Notes under the pieces: generated by a model
Seen by the model: only the letters and a program-made list of their open reading frames with translations
Database searches by the model: none
Told to the model about the DNA's origin: nothing
In this document: piece after piece, positions 18,123 through 26,352 of the stretch
How positions within the stretch are numbered: the stretch's first letter is position 1
Layout: each line of letters opens with the position of its first letter
Source: an uncultured Opitutales bacterium
Lineage (GTDB): Bacteria; Verrucomicrobiota; Verrucomicrobiia; Opitutales; Intestinicryptomonadaceae
Direction: 5' to 3'
Assembly (NCBI GenBank): GCA_934613415.1
Contig: CAKTSY010000005.1
Span: 120,001 to 152,000, forward strand
Length of the DNA stretch: 32,000 bases
Translations under genes and position numbers: made by a program

Positions 18123-20321
18123 ATGATAAACAAACTATTTGCAACAACAGCGTTGTTTGCGGCCGCCATTTTGGAAGTAAACGCGCAAACCGACTACACA
18201 AAATATGTAAACCCCTTTGTGGGAACTGCCTATAACGGCCATGTTTTCCCCGGGCCTTGCATGCCTATGGGGTTGGTGCAGCCCAGCCCCGAAACGGGCA
18301 ACTGCTCTTGGCGTTATACGGGCGGCTATAACTACGAAGATAAAAAGATTTGGTTTTTCGGGCAAACGCATATAAGCGGCACAGGCTGCCCCGACTTTGG
18401 CGACGCCGCCTTTATACCATTTACGGGCAACCCAAATAAAACCGATTTTAAAAGCGCGTTCGACAAATCTTCGGAAACGGCAGAAATAGGTTTGTATAAA
18501 GTAAAACTAACCGACGCTAAAGCTTTGGTAAAAGTAAGCTGCACCGAAAGAACCGCCATCTACGAAATTACATTTAACGACGACAACGGCGGCTTGTATT
18601 TCGACTTTCAAAGTGGCATAGTTTCGAGGGAAAAAAATAAATTAAACCGACGCGTTTTAAAGTCCGACACAAACCAGATTAGCCAATACGAAATTACGGG
18701 CGCACAAACCGTGTCTATGTGGGTAAAGCGCGATGTCTTCTTCGACATTGTTTTCGACAAACCCATTAAAGATACCATTCTTACAAAGGCACAACTCCCA
18801 CAAAGGGGCGACAAATTCACATTGCTTTTCGGCTTAAAGAAAGGCGATACATTAAAGGTAAAAATTTCGCTTTCTACCGTAAGCGTTAAAAACGCGCAGG
18901 AAAATATGAAAGCGGAGCTTCCCCACTGGGACTTCGACAAGGTTGTAGCCCAAAATAAAGCCGCTTGGAATAAGATTTTCAACAAAATCCAGGCTCAGGG
19001 CAGCGACGACCAGCTTGCAAATTTCTACACAAGTATGTACCACGCCTTTATACACCCCAACAATATTGCCGACACCAACGGACAATATAGGGGAGCCGAC
19101 AACATTGTAAAGACCGCCCCAAGCGGCAAATACTATTCTACATTGTCTTTGTGGGACACTTACAGAGCAGAACACCCCCTGTTTACAGTTATAGCTCCCG
19201 AGCTTGTAAACGATATGGTAAACACAATGATAACCCACTACGATGCCCACGGACATATGCCCATTTGGGTTCTTTGGGGCAAGGAAAACCGCTGTATGAT
19301 AGGCAACCACTCTATTTCGGTTGTTGCCGAAGCAATGGCAAAAGGCTTTAAGGGCTTCGACTACGAAAGGGCTTTGAACGCCTGCGTAGACTCGTCCGAC
19401 AAGGCATTGAGAAAATCTAACGGCAAAGTGCTTGAGCAATATGGCTACTACCCCTTCGACTTCTACAAAAACGAATCGGTTTCGAGAACTCTTGAAGGTT
19501 GCTACGACGACTACGCAATTAGCCAAATGGCAAAGAAACTCGGCAAAAAAGACATAGAACAGCGCTTTGCAAAAAGGGCTAATTTTTACAAAAACTTGTT
19601 CGATAAATCCACCCTTTTAATGCGCGCCAAAGATAAAAAAGGCAACTGGCGCACCCCCTTCGACCCCATTGCCCTTTCGCATGATTCCACAATGGGCGGA
19701 GACTATACCGAGGGCAACGCCTGGCAATATACATGGCACGTTCAGCACGATATAGGCGGCCTTGTTTCGCTATTCCCCAACAAAGAAGTTTTCTTTGAAA
19801 GACTAGACTACCTCTTTAAAAACAAAGAAACCGCAAAAGAGCAAAAAGAGGGTTTTGTAGACGATGTTAGCGGCCTGATTGGCCAATATGCCCACGGCAA
19901 CGAGCCCAGCCACCACGTTATCTATATGTTTGCCATGATAGACAAGGCTTGGCGCACGCAGGAACTAGTAAGAGAAGTTTTCGACAAATTCTATTTAAAC
20001 AAGCCCGACGGCCTTTGCGGCAACGACGACTGCGGCCAAATGAGCGCATGGTATATATTCTCGGCAATGGGCTTTTACCCAGTAGATCCGGTTTCTGCAG
20101 AATATGTTTTAGGCGCGCCCCAACTGCCCGAAATGACCGTAAATTTGGCAAACGGCAAAACATTTAAAATTGTGGCAAAAAAGCTCTCTAAAGAAAATAA
20201 GTATGTAAAGAGCATTAAGCTTAACGGCAAGCCCTACACAAAAAAGACCATAAGCCACGCCGACATTATAAACGGCGGCACTTTGGAATTTAGAATGACA
20301 AACACCCCGCAAAACAAGTAG
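18123..20321 (+). CDS. Glycoside hydrolase family 92 alpha-mannosidase, secreted (copy 2), 732 aa
   Basis: Same GH92 signature blocks as copy 1. Signal peptide MINKLFATTALFAAAILEVNA. Confidence 0.93.
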   Translation: MINKLFATTALFAAAILEVNAQTDYTKYVNPFVGTAYNGHVFPGPCMPMGLVQPSPETGNCSWRYTGGYNYEDKKIWFFGQTHISGTGCPDFGDAAFIPFTGNPNKTDFKSAFDKSSETAEIGLYKVKLTDAKALVKVSCTERTAIYEITFNDDNGGLYFDFQSGIVSREKNKLNRRVLKSDTNQISQYEITGAQTVSMWVKRDVFFDIVFDKPIKDTILTKAQLPQRGDKFTLLFGLKKGDTLKVKISLSTVSVKNAQENMKAELPHWDFDKVVAQNKAAWNKIFNKIQAQGSDDQLANFYTSMYHAFIHPNNIADTNGQYRGADNIVKTAPSGKYYSTLSLWDTYRAEHPLFTVIAPELVNDMVNTMITHYDAHGHMPIWVLWGKENRCMIGNHSISVVAEAMAKGFKGFDYERALNACVDSSDKALRKSNGKVLEQYGYYPFDFYKNESVSRTLEGCYDDYAISQMAKKLGKKDIEQRFAKRANFYKNLFDKSTLLMRAKDKKGNWRTPFDPIALSHDSTMGGDYTEGNAWQYTWHVQHDIGGLVSLFPNKEVFFERLDYLFKNKETAKEQKEGFVDDVSGLIGQYAHGNEPSHHVIYMFAMIDKAWRTQELVREVFDKFYLNKPDGLCGNDDCGQMSAWYIFSAMGFYPVDPVSAEYVLGAPQLPEMTVNLANGKTFKIVAKKLSKENKYVKSIKLNGKPYTKKTISHADIINGGTLEFRMTNTPQNK

Positions 20322-20343
20322 TGGCCGAAGATATAAAACACAA

Positions 20344-20376
20344 AAAGGCTTTCCTTTGGGGAGGCCTTTTTTGTTT
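20344..20376 (+). terminator. Rho-independent terminator after GH92 copy 2
   Basis: AGGCTTTCC-TTTG-GGGAGGCCT hairpin (with G-U pairs) followed by TTTTTTGTTTTT. Confidence 0.6.
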
Positions 20377-20413
20377 TTGCGCGCCGCAAGAGCCTGCATT
20401 TTAGAATATGTAT

Positions 20414-20442
20414 TTGACAATACCCTGCAAGCTCCAAAGACT
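20414..20442 (+). promoter_or_regulatory. Candidate promoter of GH92 copy 3
   Basis: TTGACA-17 nt-AAGACT (weak -10), ending 12 nt before the ATG at 20455. No SD. Confidence 0.3.
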
Positions 20443-20454
20443 GTAAATCTATCT

Positions 20455-22644
20455 ATGATGAACAAATTATTTGCAATAACGGCGTTGTTTGCGGCTTTTG
20501 TATTGGGAGTAAACGCGCAAACCGACTACACAAAATATGTAAACCCATTTGTGGGCACTGCCTACAACGGCCACGTTTTCCCAGGGCCTTGTATGCCGTT
20601 CGGCATGGTGCAGCCCAGCCCCGAAACTGGCAACGGCAAATGGCGCTACACAAGCGGCTATAATAACGAAGACCAAAAAATTTGGTTTTTCGCGCAAACG
20701 CACCTTAGCGGCACGGGCTGCCCCGACCTTGGCGATGTAGCCTTTATACCATTTACGGGCAACCCAAACAAAAAAGATTTTAAAAGCTCGTTCGACAAAT
20801 CTTCGGAAACGGCAGAAATAGGGTTGTATAAAGTAAAGCTTACCGATGCTAAAGCTACCGTAAAAATAAGCTGCACCGAAAAAACCGCCATATACGAAAT
20901 TACCTTCAACGACGACAACGGCGGCTTGTACTTCGACTTTCAAAGCGGCATAGTAGGCGGCAGCATAAACAACAGAGTTTTGCAATCCGACATAAACCAG
21001 ATAAGCCAATACGAAATTACGGGCGCGCAAAAAACAAAAATGTGGGTAAAGCGCGATGTTTTCTTCGACGTAGTTTTCGACAAACCCATAAAAGACACCA
21101 TTCTTACAAAGGCAAAACTCCCCCAAAGGAGCGACAAATTCACGTTGCTTTTCGGCTTAAAGAAGGGCGAAAAGCTTATGGTGAAAGTTTCGCTTTCTAC
21201 GGTAAGTGTTAAAAACGCGCAGGAAAATATGAAGGCGGATCTCCCCCACTGGGACTTCGACAAAGTTGTCGCCCAAAACAAGGCCGCCTGGAACAAGATT
21301 CTAAACAAGGTACAAGTGCAAGGCACAGACGACCAACTCGCCAACTTCTACACATGTATGTACCACGCCTTTATACACCCAAACAATATTGCCGACACAA
21401 ACGGGCAGTATAGAGGGCCTAAAAATCAGGTTAATACTTCCGCAAACGGCAAGTACTATTCCACTTTGTCTTTGTGGGACACCTACAGAGCCGAACACCC
21501 CCTGCTTACAATAATAGCCCCCGAATATGTAAGCGACTTGGTAAATTCCATGCTAGACCACTACGACCAACAAGGCTTTATGCCAATTTGGACTCTTTGG
21601 GGACAGGAAAATTATTGTATGATTGGCAACCACTCTATTGCCGTTGTTGCCGAAGCAATGATAAAGGGCTTTAAGGGCTTCGACTACGAAAGGGCTTTGA
21701 ACGCCTGCGTAGACTCGGCAAGCAAGAAGCTAAAAAAATCCGACGGCATAGTGTTGGAGCAATACGGCTACTACCCATTCGACATCTACAAAAACGAATC
21801 TGTTTCGCGTACCCTTGAATGTTGCTACGACGACTACGCAATCAGCCAAATGGCAAAGAAACTCGGCAAAAAAGACGTAGAGCAGCGCTTTGCAAAAAGA
21901 GCCAACTTTTACAAAAATCTATTCGACAAATCCACATTATTAATGCGCGCCAAAGATAAAAAAGGCAACTGGCGCACGCCCTTCGACCCCATTGCCCTTT
22001 CGCACGCTTCCACAATGGGAGGCGACTATACCGAGGGCAACGCCTGGCAATATACATGGCACGTTCAGCACGACATCGACGGCCTTGTTTCGCTATTCCC
22101 CAACAAAGAAGTTTTCTTTAAAAAGCTAGACTATCTCTTTAAGAACAAAGAAACTGCAAAAGAGCAAAAGAAAGGCTTTGTAGACGACGTAAGCGGCTTA
22201 ATCGGCCAATATGCCCACGGCAACGAGCCCAGCCACCACGTTATCTATATGTTTGCAATGATAGACAAGGCCTGGCGCACCCAAGAACTGGTAAGGGAAG
22301 TTTTCGACAAATTCTATCTAAACAAGCCCGACGGCCTTTGCGGCAATGACGACTGCGGCCAAATGAGCGCGTGGTATATATTCTCGGCAATGGGCTTTTA
22401 CCCAGTAAACCCGGTTTCTGCAGAATATGTTTTAGGCGCACCGCAGCTGCCCGAAATGACGGTAAATTTGGCAAACGGCAAAACATTTAAAGTGGTGGCC
22501 AAAAAGCTTTCGAAAGAAAACAAGTACGTAAAAAGCGTAAAGCTTAACGGAAAGTTGTATACTAAAAAGACGATAAGCCATTCCGACATTGTTAACGGCG
22601 GCACTTTGGAATTTAGAATGACAGACACCCCGCAAAACAAGTAG
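20455..22644 (+). CDS. Glycoside hydrolase family 92 alpha-mannosidase, secreted (copy 3), 729 aa
   Basis: Same GH92 signature blocks. The start is set to the ATG at 20455 (MMNKLFAITALFAAFVLGVNA). It aligns nucleotide-for-nucleotide with the copy-2 start context (ATCTATGAT[A/G]AACAAA). The track ORF start at 20356 lies inside the copy-2 terminator. Confidence 0.93.
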   Translation: MMNKLFAITALFAAFVLGVNAQTDYTKYVNPFVGTAYNGHVFPGPCMPFGMVQPSPETGNGKWRYTSGYNNEDQKIWFFAQTHLSGTGCPDLGDVAFIPFTGNPNKKDFKSSFDKSSETAEIGLYKVKLTDAKATVKISCTEKTAIYEITFNDDNGGLYFDFQSGIVGGSINNRVLQSDINQISQYEITGAQKTKMWVKRDVFFDVVFDKPIKDTILTKAKLPQRSDKFTLLFGLKKGEKLMVKVSLSTVSVKNAQENMKADLPHWDFDKVVAQNKAAWNKILNKVQVQGTDDQLANFYTCMYHAFIHPNNIADTNGQYRGPKNQVNTSANGKYYSTLSLWDTYRAEHPLLTIIAPEYVSDLVNSMLDHYDQQGFMPIWTLWGQENYCMIGNHSIAVVAEAMIKGFKGFDYERALNACVDSASKKLKKSDGIVLEQYGYYPFDIYKNESVSRTLECCYDDYAISQMAKKLGKKDVEQRFAKRANFYKNLFDKSTLLMRAKDKKGNWRTPFDPIALSHASTMGGDYTEGNAWQYTWHVQHDIDGLVSLFPNKEVFFKKLDYLFKNKETAKEQKKGFVDDVSGLIGQYAHGNEPSHHVIYMFAMIDKAWRTQELVREVFDKFYLNKPDGLCGNDDCGQMSAWYIFSAMGFYPVNPVSAEYVLGAPQLPEMTVNLANGKTFKVVAKKLSKENKYVKSVKLNGKLYTKKTISHSDIVNGGTLEFRMTDTPQNK

Positions 22645-22662
22645 AAATTTTGCGAGACCAAA

Positions 22663-22696
22663 GCCGCGGCAACATACAATTTGCCGCGGTTTTTTT
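22663..22696 (+). terminator. Rho-independent terminator after GH92 copy 3
   Basis: CCGCGGCAA-loop-TTGCCGCGG followed by T7. Confidence 0.75.
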
Positions 22697-22737
22697 ACAT
22701 AAATACAAAAAAAAATAAAAAATTTAGCAAACTAAGC

Positions 22738-22766
22738 TTGACAATACCCCCCGTTGCAGGTTTTAT
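22738..22766 (+). promoter_or_regulatory. Candidate promoter of the rpmJ-rpmE pair
   Basis: TTGACA-17 nt-TTTTAT, about 34 nt upstream of the ATG at 22800. Confidence 0.35.
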
Positions 22767-22799
22767 TTTAGTTTTTACACAATTTAGAAAGCAGAGACT

Positions 22800-22925
22800 A
22801 TGAAAGTCGTATCATCATTGAAATCGTTAAAGACACGCCACCCCGACTGCAAAGTTGTTCGCAGAAACGGCAAGGTATATGTAATTTGCAAATCTAATCC
22901 CCGCTTTAAAGCAAGGCAGGGCTAA
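22800..22925 (+). CDS. rpmJ: 50S ribosomal protein L36, zinc-independent (YkgO-like, type B), 41 aa
   Basis: Not in the ORF track (too short). My translation is [41 protein letters not shown]. It closely resembles the E. coli YkgO-type L36 (RHPDC...[13 protein letters not shown]) rather than the CxxC...C...H zinc form. Confidence 0.9.
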   Translation: MKVVSSLKSLKTRHPDCKVVRRNGKVYVICKSNPRFKARQG

Positions 22926-22951
22926 TAGCTTTTATAGGAGTTTATTATAAG

Positions 22952-23200
22952 ATGAAAAAAGCAGGACACCCCGATTATCATCCCGTATGCTTTACGGACG
23001 TTTCAACAGGCGCGAAGTTTTACACTAAATCTACAATGACGTCGAAACAGAAAGAAACTATCGACGGCGTTGAATACAATGTTGTAATTAGAGATGTTAC
23101 GGCTGACTCGCACCCCGCCTATACTGGCGAAAAACGCTTTGTAGACACAGCGGGTCGTGTTGAAAAGTTCAACAAAAAGTTCGGTCGCGTACGCAAATAG
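22952..23200 (+). CDS. rpmE: 50S ribosomal protein L31 type B (no CxxC zinc motif), 82 aa
   Basis: MKKAGHPDYHPVCFTDVSTG...SHPAYTG...VEKFNKKFG. L31 family, lacking the paired CxxC motifs, with type-B length. AGGAG SD lies 11 nt upstream. Confidence 0.9.
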   Translation: MKKAGHPDYHPVCFTDVSTGAKFYTKSTMTSKQKETIDGVEYNVVIRDVTADSHPAYTGEKRFVDTAGRVEKFNKKFGRVRK

Positions 23201-23224
23201 TTTTTATTTGCAACTAAGCACACG

Positions 23225-23259
23225 CAAAAAACGCAGGGTTTTTATGCCTTGCGTTTTTT
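23225..23259 (+). terminator. Rho-independent terminator after rpmE
   Basis: AAAAAACGCAGGG-loop-CCTTGCGTTTTTT (one G-U pair), with a T-run included. Confidence 0.7.
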
Positions 23260-23430
23260 GTGTTTATGATAAATGGCTAGCCCTTTGCCCTAACCCTTTA
23301 GCACAGTTGATTACAAATCATCTGCACTAAAAGACAAATTTTGGGCGTGTTTAATCTTTTTTTGAGACGCGCTTTACAAAATCTTTGCAAAACTTAAAGC
23401 AGCAATCAAAACAAAGTTTTAGGCAACAAG

Positions 23431-23462
23431 AAAGCCGCAATCGGGAACGATTGCGGCTTTTT
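23431..23462. terminator. Strong hairpin terminator (bidirectional) downstream of the secreted-paralog operon
   Basis: GCCGCAATCG-GGAA-CGATTGCGGC, a perfect 10-bp stem. TTTTT follows on the plus strand and TTTCTT on the minus strand. Confidence 0.7.
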
Positions 23463-23489
23463 GCATAATAAAAAACAAAAACAAAGCTC

Positions 23490-24434
23490 CTATTTTTTGG
23501 ATTTTTCTACGGTAAGAACAATATCGTTTACCGCCGAATCCCTTTCGGTTTTATACTTTTGCATTGCAACGCAAACGGTTAAATCGGCAACTTGGCACTT
23601 TTCGCCAAGTTTTAGCTTTTTGTTGTTTACCATAACGTAATCGAAAGAGCCCCTAAGCTTTGCATTTCTGCCCGAAAACAATATTAAGGGATAAACTCCC
23701 GCCTTTGCCATAGGCGTTATTCTAAGCAATATAGAGCTTCTACCCAAGTCGTTGTTAGTTCCCTTAAAAATCAACGTAGGTATATTGCCGTTTCTTTCAA
23801 CAAACTCGAAATTCGAATGCGTATATTCGGGGTTGTCTATCGTCATATTGTCGATAAGAACCACGCCGCCAAATTCAACTTTGCTTTTCCCCTCTAAAAT
23901 AATGCTTGAACCCGACGAAGCCTCTTTGTTGCCAAGCTTTGGCACATTAAAAGTAAGCATATAGTTGCCGTTAAAAGTTGCGGTAGAATCTACAAACTTA
24001 TAAGCCATTGCGCCAAAGCTTGCGGCATCGGGGCGTGCAACATTGTAGGTTTCTATGCCCGACTTCGAAACAAGCGCACTTTTCCTTAGCTCGAACATAT
24101 TTGTGCTAAACTCTCCGGGCAAGTGCGTGCACAGCTTGCCCGTCATTGCAATTTTGCGCGATTCGGCCAAAACGTGCGAATTTACGGTAATTTCCCTTAT
24201 GGCAATATCTTTGTCTATAATATTGGTAAAGTCGGCTCCGTCGCGAAAAACAACGCTGTCGCCCTTGCCGGGCTGACCTTTTAACACGCCTGTGTTGTTG
24301 TTTTCGCTATAATAGGTAAGCTCGCTCATCTTTGCAGAGCCCGCCTCTCTGTTTGGTGCCTCGCTCCAAAAAGTAAGGGCAAACATATTAGAACTTGCCG
24401 CAATAAGCGCGGCTGCAACAAAGATATTTTTCAT
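23490..24434 (-). CDS. Secreted protein of unknown function, paralog family member 3 of 3 (P1), 314 aa
   Basis: ATG preceded by GGAG. Sec signal peptide MKNIFVAAALIAASSNMFA. Collinear homology to the two upstream genes. No family recognised. Confidence 0.8.
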   Translation of the reverse strand: MKNIFVAAALIAASSNMFALTFWSEAPNREAGSAKMSELTYYSENNNTGVLKGQPGKGDSVVFRDGADFTNIIDKDIAIREITVNSHVLAESRKIAMTGKLCTHLPGEFSTNMFELRKSALVSKSGIETYNVARPDAASFGAMAYKFVDSTATFNGNYMLTFNVPKLGNKEASSGSSIILEGKSKVEFGGVVLIDNMTIDNPEYTHSNFEFVERNGNIPTLIFKGTNNDLGRSSILLRITPMAKAGVYPLILFSGRNAKLRGSFDYVMVNNKKLKLGEKCQVADLTVCVAMQKYKTERDSAVNDIVLTVEKSKK

Positions 24435-24441
24435 TTTTTAT

Positions 24442-25365
24442 CTACTCCAAGGTAAGGACTATGTCGTTGGCAATCTTGTCTCTGTCGGTGGGAGCTACGC
24501 CCCAGTCTACAGTGGCGGTTCTTTCGCCTATTTTCTTAGACTGCCCCAACTTAAGCTGCGTGCCGTTAATTTTTACCGAGGCAAACTCGCCCCTTGGTTT
24601 TACCGACTTTGTAAAGTGAATCAAAGCATATTTGCCGCTTTGGATTTTGCCCGTAACGGTAAGCTCTATTGCGCTTTTTTCCAGCGTGCCGCCGTTTTTG
24701 CCCGAAAATACCAAAACGGGAAGCTTTCCGTCTTTTTCGGCAAAAGTAAATAGCGACTGCGCCGCCGCATTCGACTGCGTTAAATCCGAAATTATGGGAA
24801 CGCCCTTAAATTCTACCTTGCTAGCCCCCGTAAGCATAAGGGCAAAGCCTGACTTGCTTTTTTTGTTGCCCAAGTTCGACAAATTAAAAGTAAGTATGCA
24901 ATTTCCGTCGAAAGTCGCGGTAGAATCTATAAACCTATATTGCGTAATGCCGAAGTTTGCAACGCCAGGGCGACCTATATTAAAGGTATCGAGCCCGCCT
25001 TTTGCGGTAAAGAGGCAGTTTTTAAGCTCCAAATACTTTATTTCGTTTTCGCTGCCTAAGTGCGTGCTAAGCGAGCCTTTTGTAAGGTTTATCTTCTTCT
25101 TTTCGGCACGAACTTGCCCGTTAATGCAAATCGAGCCGCAAACTATGTCGGAATCAAGCTCTATTACGCGCCCCCTCAAGTTTATCGAATCGCCTTTGCG
25201 GGGTTTGCCCGAAAGCTTTGCCGTGTTTTCGTTGTCGGCATACCATGCCAATTTGGAAAATTTTGCAACGCCCTTGTCGTAGTGTTCTATTTGTCCGTTA
25301 AAGACAAGTCCGAACAGGTTTGCCGCCGCGAAAACGGCCACCAATGTAAAAATGCTTTTTCTCAT
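24442..25365 (-). CDS. Secreted protein of unknown function, paralog family member 2 of 3 (P2), 307 aa
   Basis: Start set to the ATG at 25365 (MRKSIFTLVAVFAAANLFG, a signal peptide), preceded by GAGGA and lying 2 nt after the stop of the upstream gene. The track ORF extends 28 codons into the upstream gene. Confidence 0.8.
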   Translation of the reverse strand: MRKSIFTLVAVFAAANLFGLVFNGQIEHYDKGVAKFSKLAWYADNENTAKLSGKPRKGDSINLRGRVIELDSDIVCGSICINGQVRAEKKKINLTKGSLSTHLGSENEIKYLELKNCLFTAKGGLDTFNIGRPGVANFGITQYRFIDSTATFDGNCILTFNLSNLGNKKSKSGFALMLTGASKVEFKGVPIISDLTQSNAAAQSLFTFAEKDGKLPVLVFSGKNGGTLEKSAIELTVTGKIQSGKYALIHFTKSVKPRGEFASVKINGTQLKLGQSKKIGERTATVDWGVAPTDRDKIANDIVLTLE

Positions 25366-25367
25366 AT

Positions 25368-26342
25368 TTATTTTTCCTCTGGTTGCGATACTTGCAAAAT
25401 AAGGTCGTTTGCTGTGCGCTTGTCTTTGCCGTTTGCAGCCGCGCCCCACATAAGTTTAACTTCCTTGCCGTATAGCTTTACGGCATCGCCGCCTATGGTA
25501 ATTTTTTTGTTGTTAATTGTAACTTTGTCGAACTTGCCCTTGGGCTTCGACGAATTTTCCATAACCAACAAGGGATAAAGCCCAGGCTTTGTTTTGCTGT
25601 TTATCCTAACCTTAATTCTGGGGTTTTGGAAATCCACCTTATTGTTGTAAACAAACATGCTGGGCAAAAAGCCGCCTTTGTCTTTAAACGAAAGCAGGCA
25701 CTCGAACCTTTCGGGGTTTGTGGTAAACATCGAGTCTAATATAAGCGCGCCCTTAAGGTTTATTACGCCCTTGCCTTCAAGGATAAAGCCCAAGCCGCTG
25801 GCTTCGTCAAGCTCTTTGGGTTCGCCCATGGCTTCAACCAAAAAGCTCATTGTATTTAAAATATTTATTGTGCCGTTGCTGACTTCTAAAGTTACCTTGC
25901 CGTAGTTGCAGTCGCGCATAATGCCGCCGCGAACCTGCCCTTTAAACACCTTAACGTTGGCAACGCCGTTCTTTTTTGCCGAAAGCGCGGTTGTTGTTCC
26001 GCTAGAATATGTGGCAAAACTGTTTACAACAACAACGTCCAGCTTTTTGCCGTCTACTTCAAACAAATTGCCGCCTTCAAGCTCCAGCGTTTTTAGCTGC
26101 AGGTCTTTGTCGAGGGTAATAATGTCGCCGCCGCGTATAAACGCCATATCGTTTTTACCGGGAACGCCCTTTGCGGGCAATGCCTGCTGCAGGTAGCTGT
26201 TATACCATTTTACTTCGCTAAATTTTACATCGTGCGCGCCTTCCGTATTTTCCGACATATTTTTAAAAGCGTAATAGTCGTAGGCAAATGCGCTTGCCGA
26301 AAGCAGCAGGGGAATAAAAGAAAGTGCAATAATTTTTTTCAT
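25368..26342 (-). CDS. Secreted protein of unknown function, paralog family member 1 of 3 (P3), 324 aa
   Basis: Start set to the ATG at 26342 (MKKIIALSFIPLLLSASAFA, a signal peptide), which sits directly downstream of a good promoter. Homologous to P1/P2, especially in the N-terminal and C-terminal motifs. Confidence 0.8.
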   Translation of the reverse strand: MKKIIALSFIPLLLSASAFAYDYYAFKNMSENTEGAHDVKFSEVKWYNSYLQQALPAKGVPGKNDMAFIRGGDIITLDKDLQLKTLELEGGNLFEVDGKKLDVVVVNSFATYSSGTTTALSAKKNGVANVKVFKGQVRGGIMRDCNYGKVTLEVSNGTINILNTMSFLVEAMGEPKELDEASGLGFILEGKGVINLKGALILDSMFTTNPERFECLLSFKDKGGFLPSMFVYNNKVDFQNPRIKVRINSKTKPGLYPLLVMENSSKPKGKFDKVTINNKKITIGGDAVKLYGKEVKLMWGAAANGKDKRTANDLILQVSQPEEK

Positions 26343-26352
26343 AATAAACCGA

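Noticed and set aside
18852-19526. 224-aa and 219-aa (20467-21126) minus-strand ORFs inside the GH92 genes that resemble each other
   Set aside because: Their mutual similarity is just the reverse-strand image of the GH92 paralogy. They have no start context, SD or promoter, and they are Val/Gly/Cys-rich with no motifs.
20356-20454. 33-codon N-terminal extension of GH92 copy 3
   Set aside because: It begins inside the terminator hairpin of copy 2 and runs through the candidate promoter. The ATG at 20455 aligns with the copy-2 start and yields a normal signal peptide.
19560-22644. Recent gene conversion homogenising the 3' halves of GH92 copies 2 and 3
   Set aside because: The proteins are nearly identical there, but the DNA carries frequent synonymous differences. 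In the ~70-nt stretch I compared codon by codon, roughly one nucleotide in seven differs. Recent homogenisation is therefore unlikely. Older exchange plus purifying selection fits better and is reported as a separate finding.
22697-22799. Zur box upstream of the L36/L31 type-B pair
   Set aside because: I could not find a palindrome resembling the known proteobacterial or Firmicute Zur consensus. There are only short AATTTAG repeats, so no regulatory site is called.
24632-25282. 216-aa plus-strand ORF antisense to secreted paralog P2, plus the 172-aa ORF at 25060-25578
   Set aside because: The minus-strand reading gives three mutually homologous proteins with signal peptides and coupled starts. 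The plus-strand ORFs have no paralog counterpart in the neighbouring genes and no translation signals.
25366-25449. Upstream extensions of P2 (to 25449) and P3 (to 26396), and TTG-initiated extensions of the aminotransferase (6892), ileS (15631), GH92-1 (15798) and thioesterase (4799) ORFs
   Set aside because: Internal ATGs give canonical N-termini: signal peptides, or the conserved MAEK…LNLPKT of IleRS. The extensions overlap upstream genes or promoters, or start at TTG without support.
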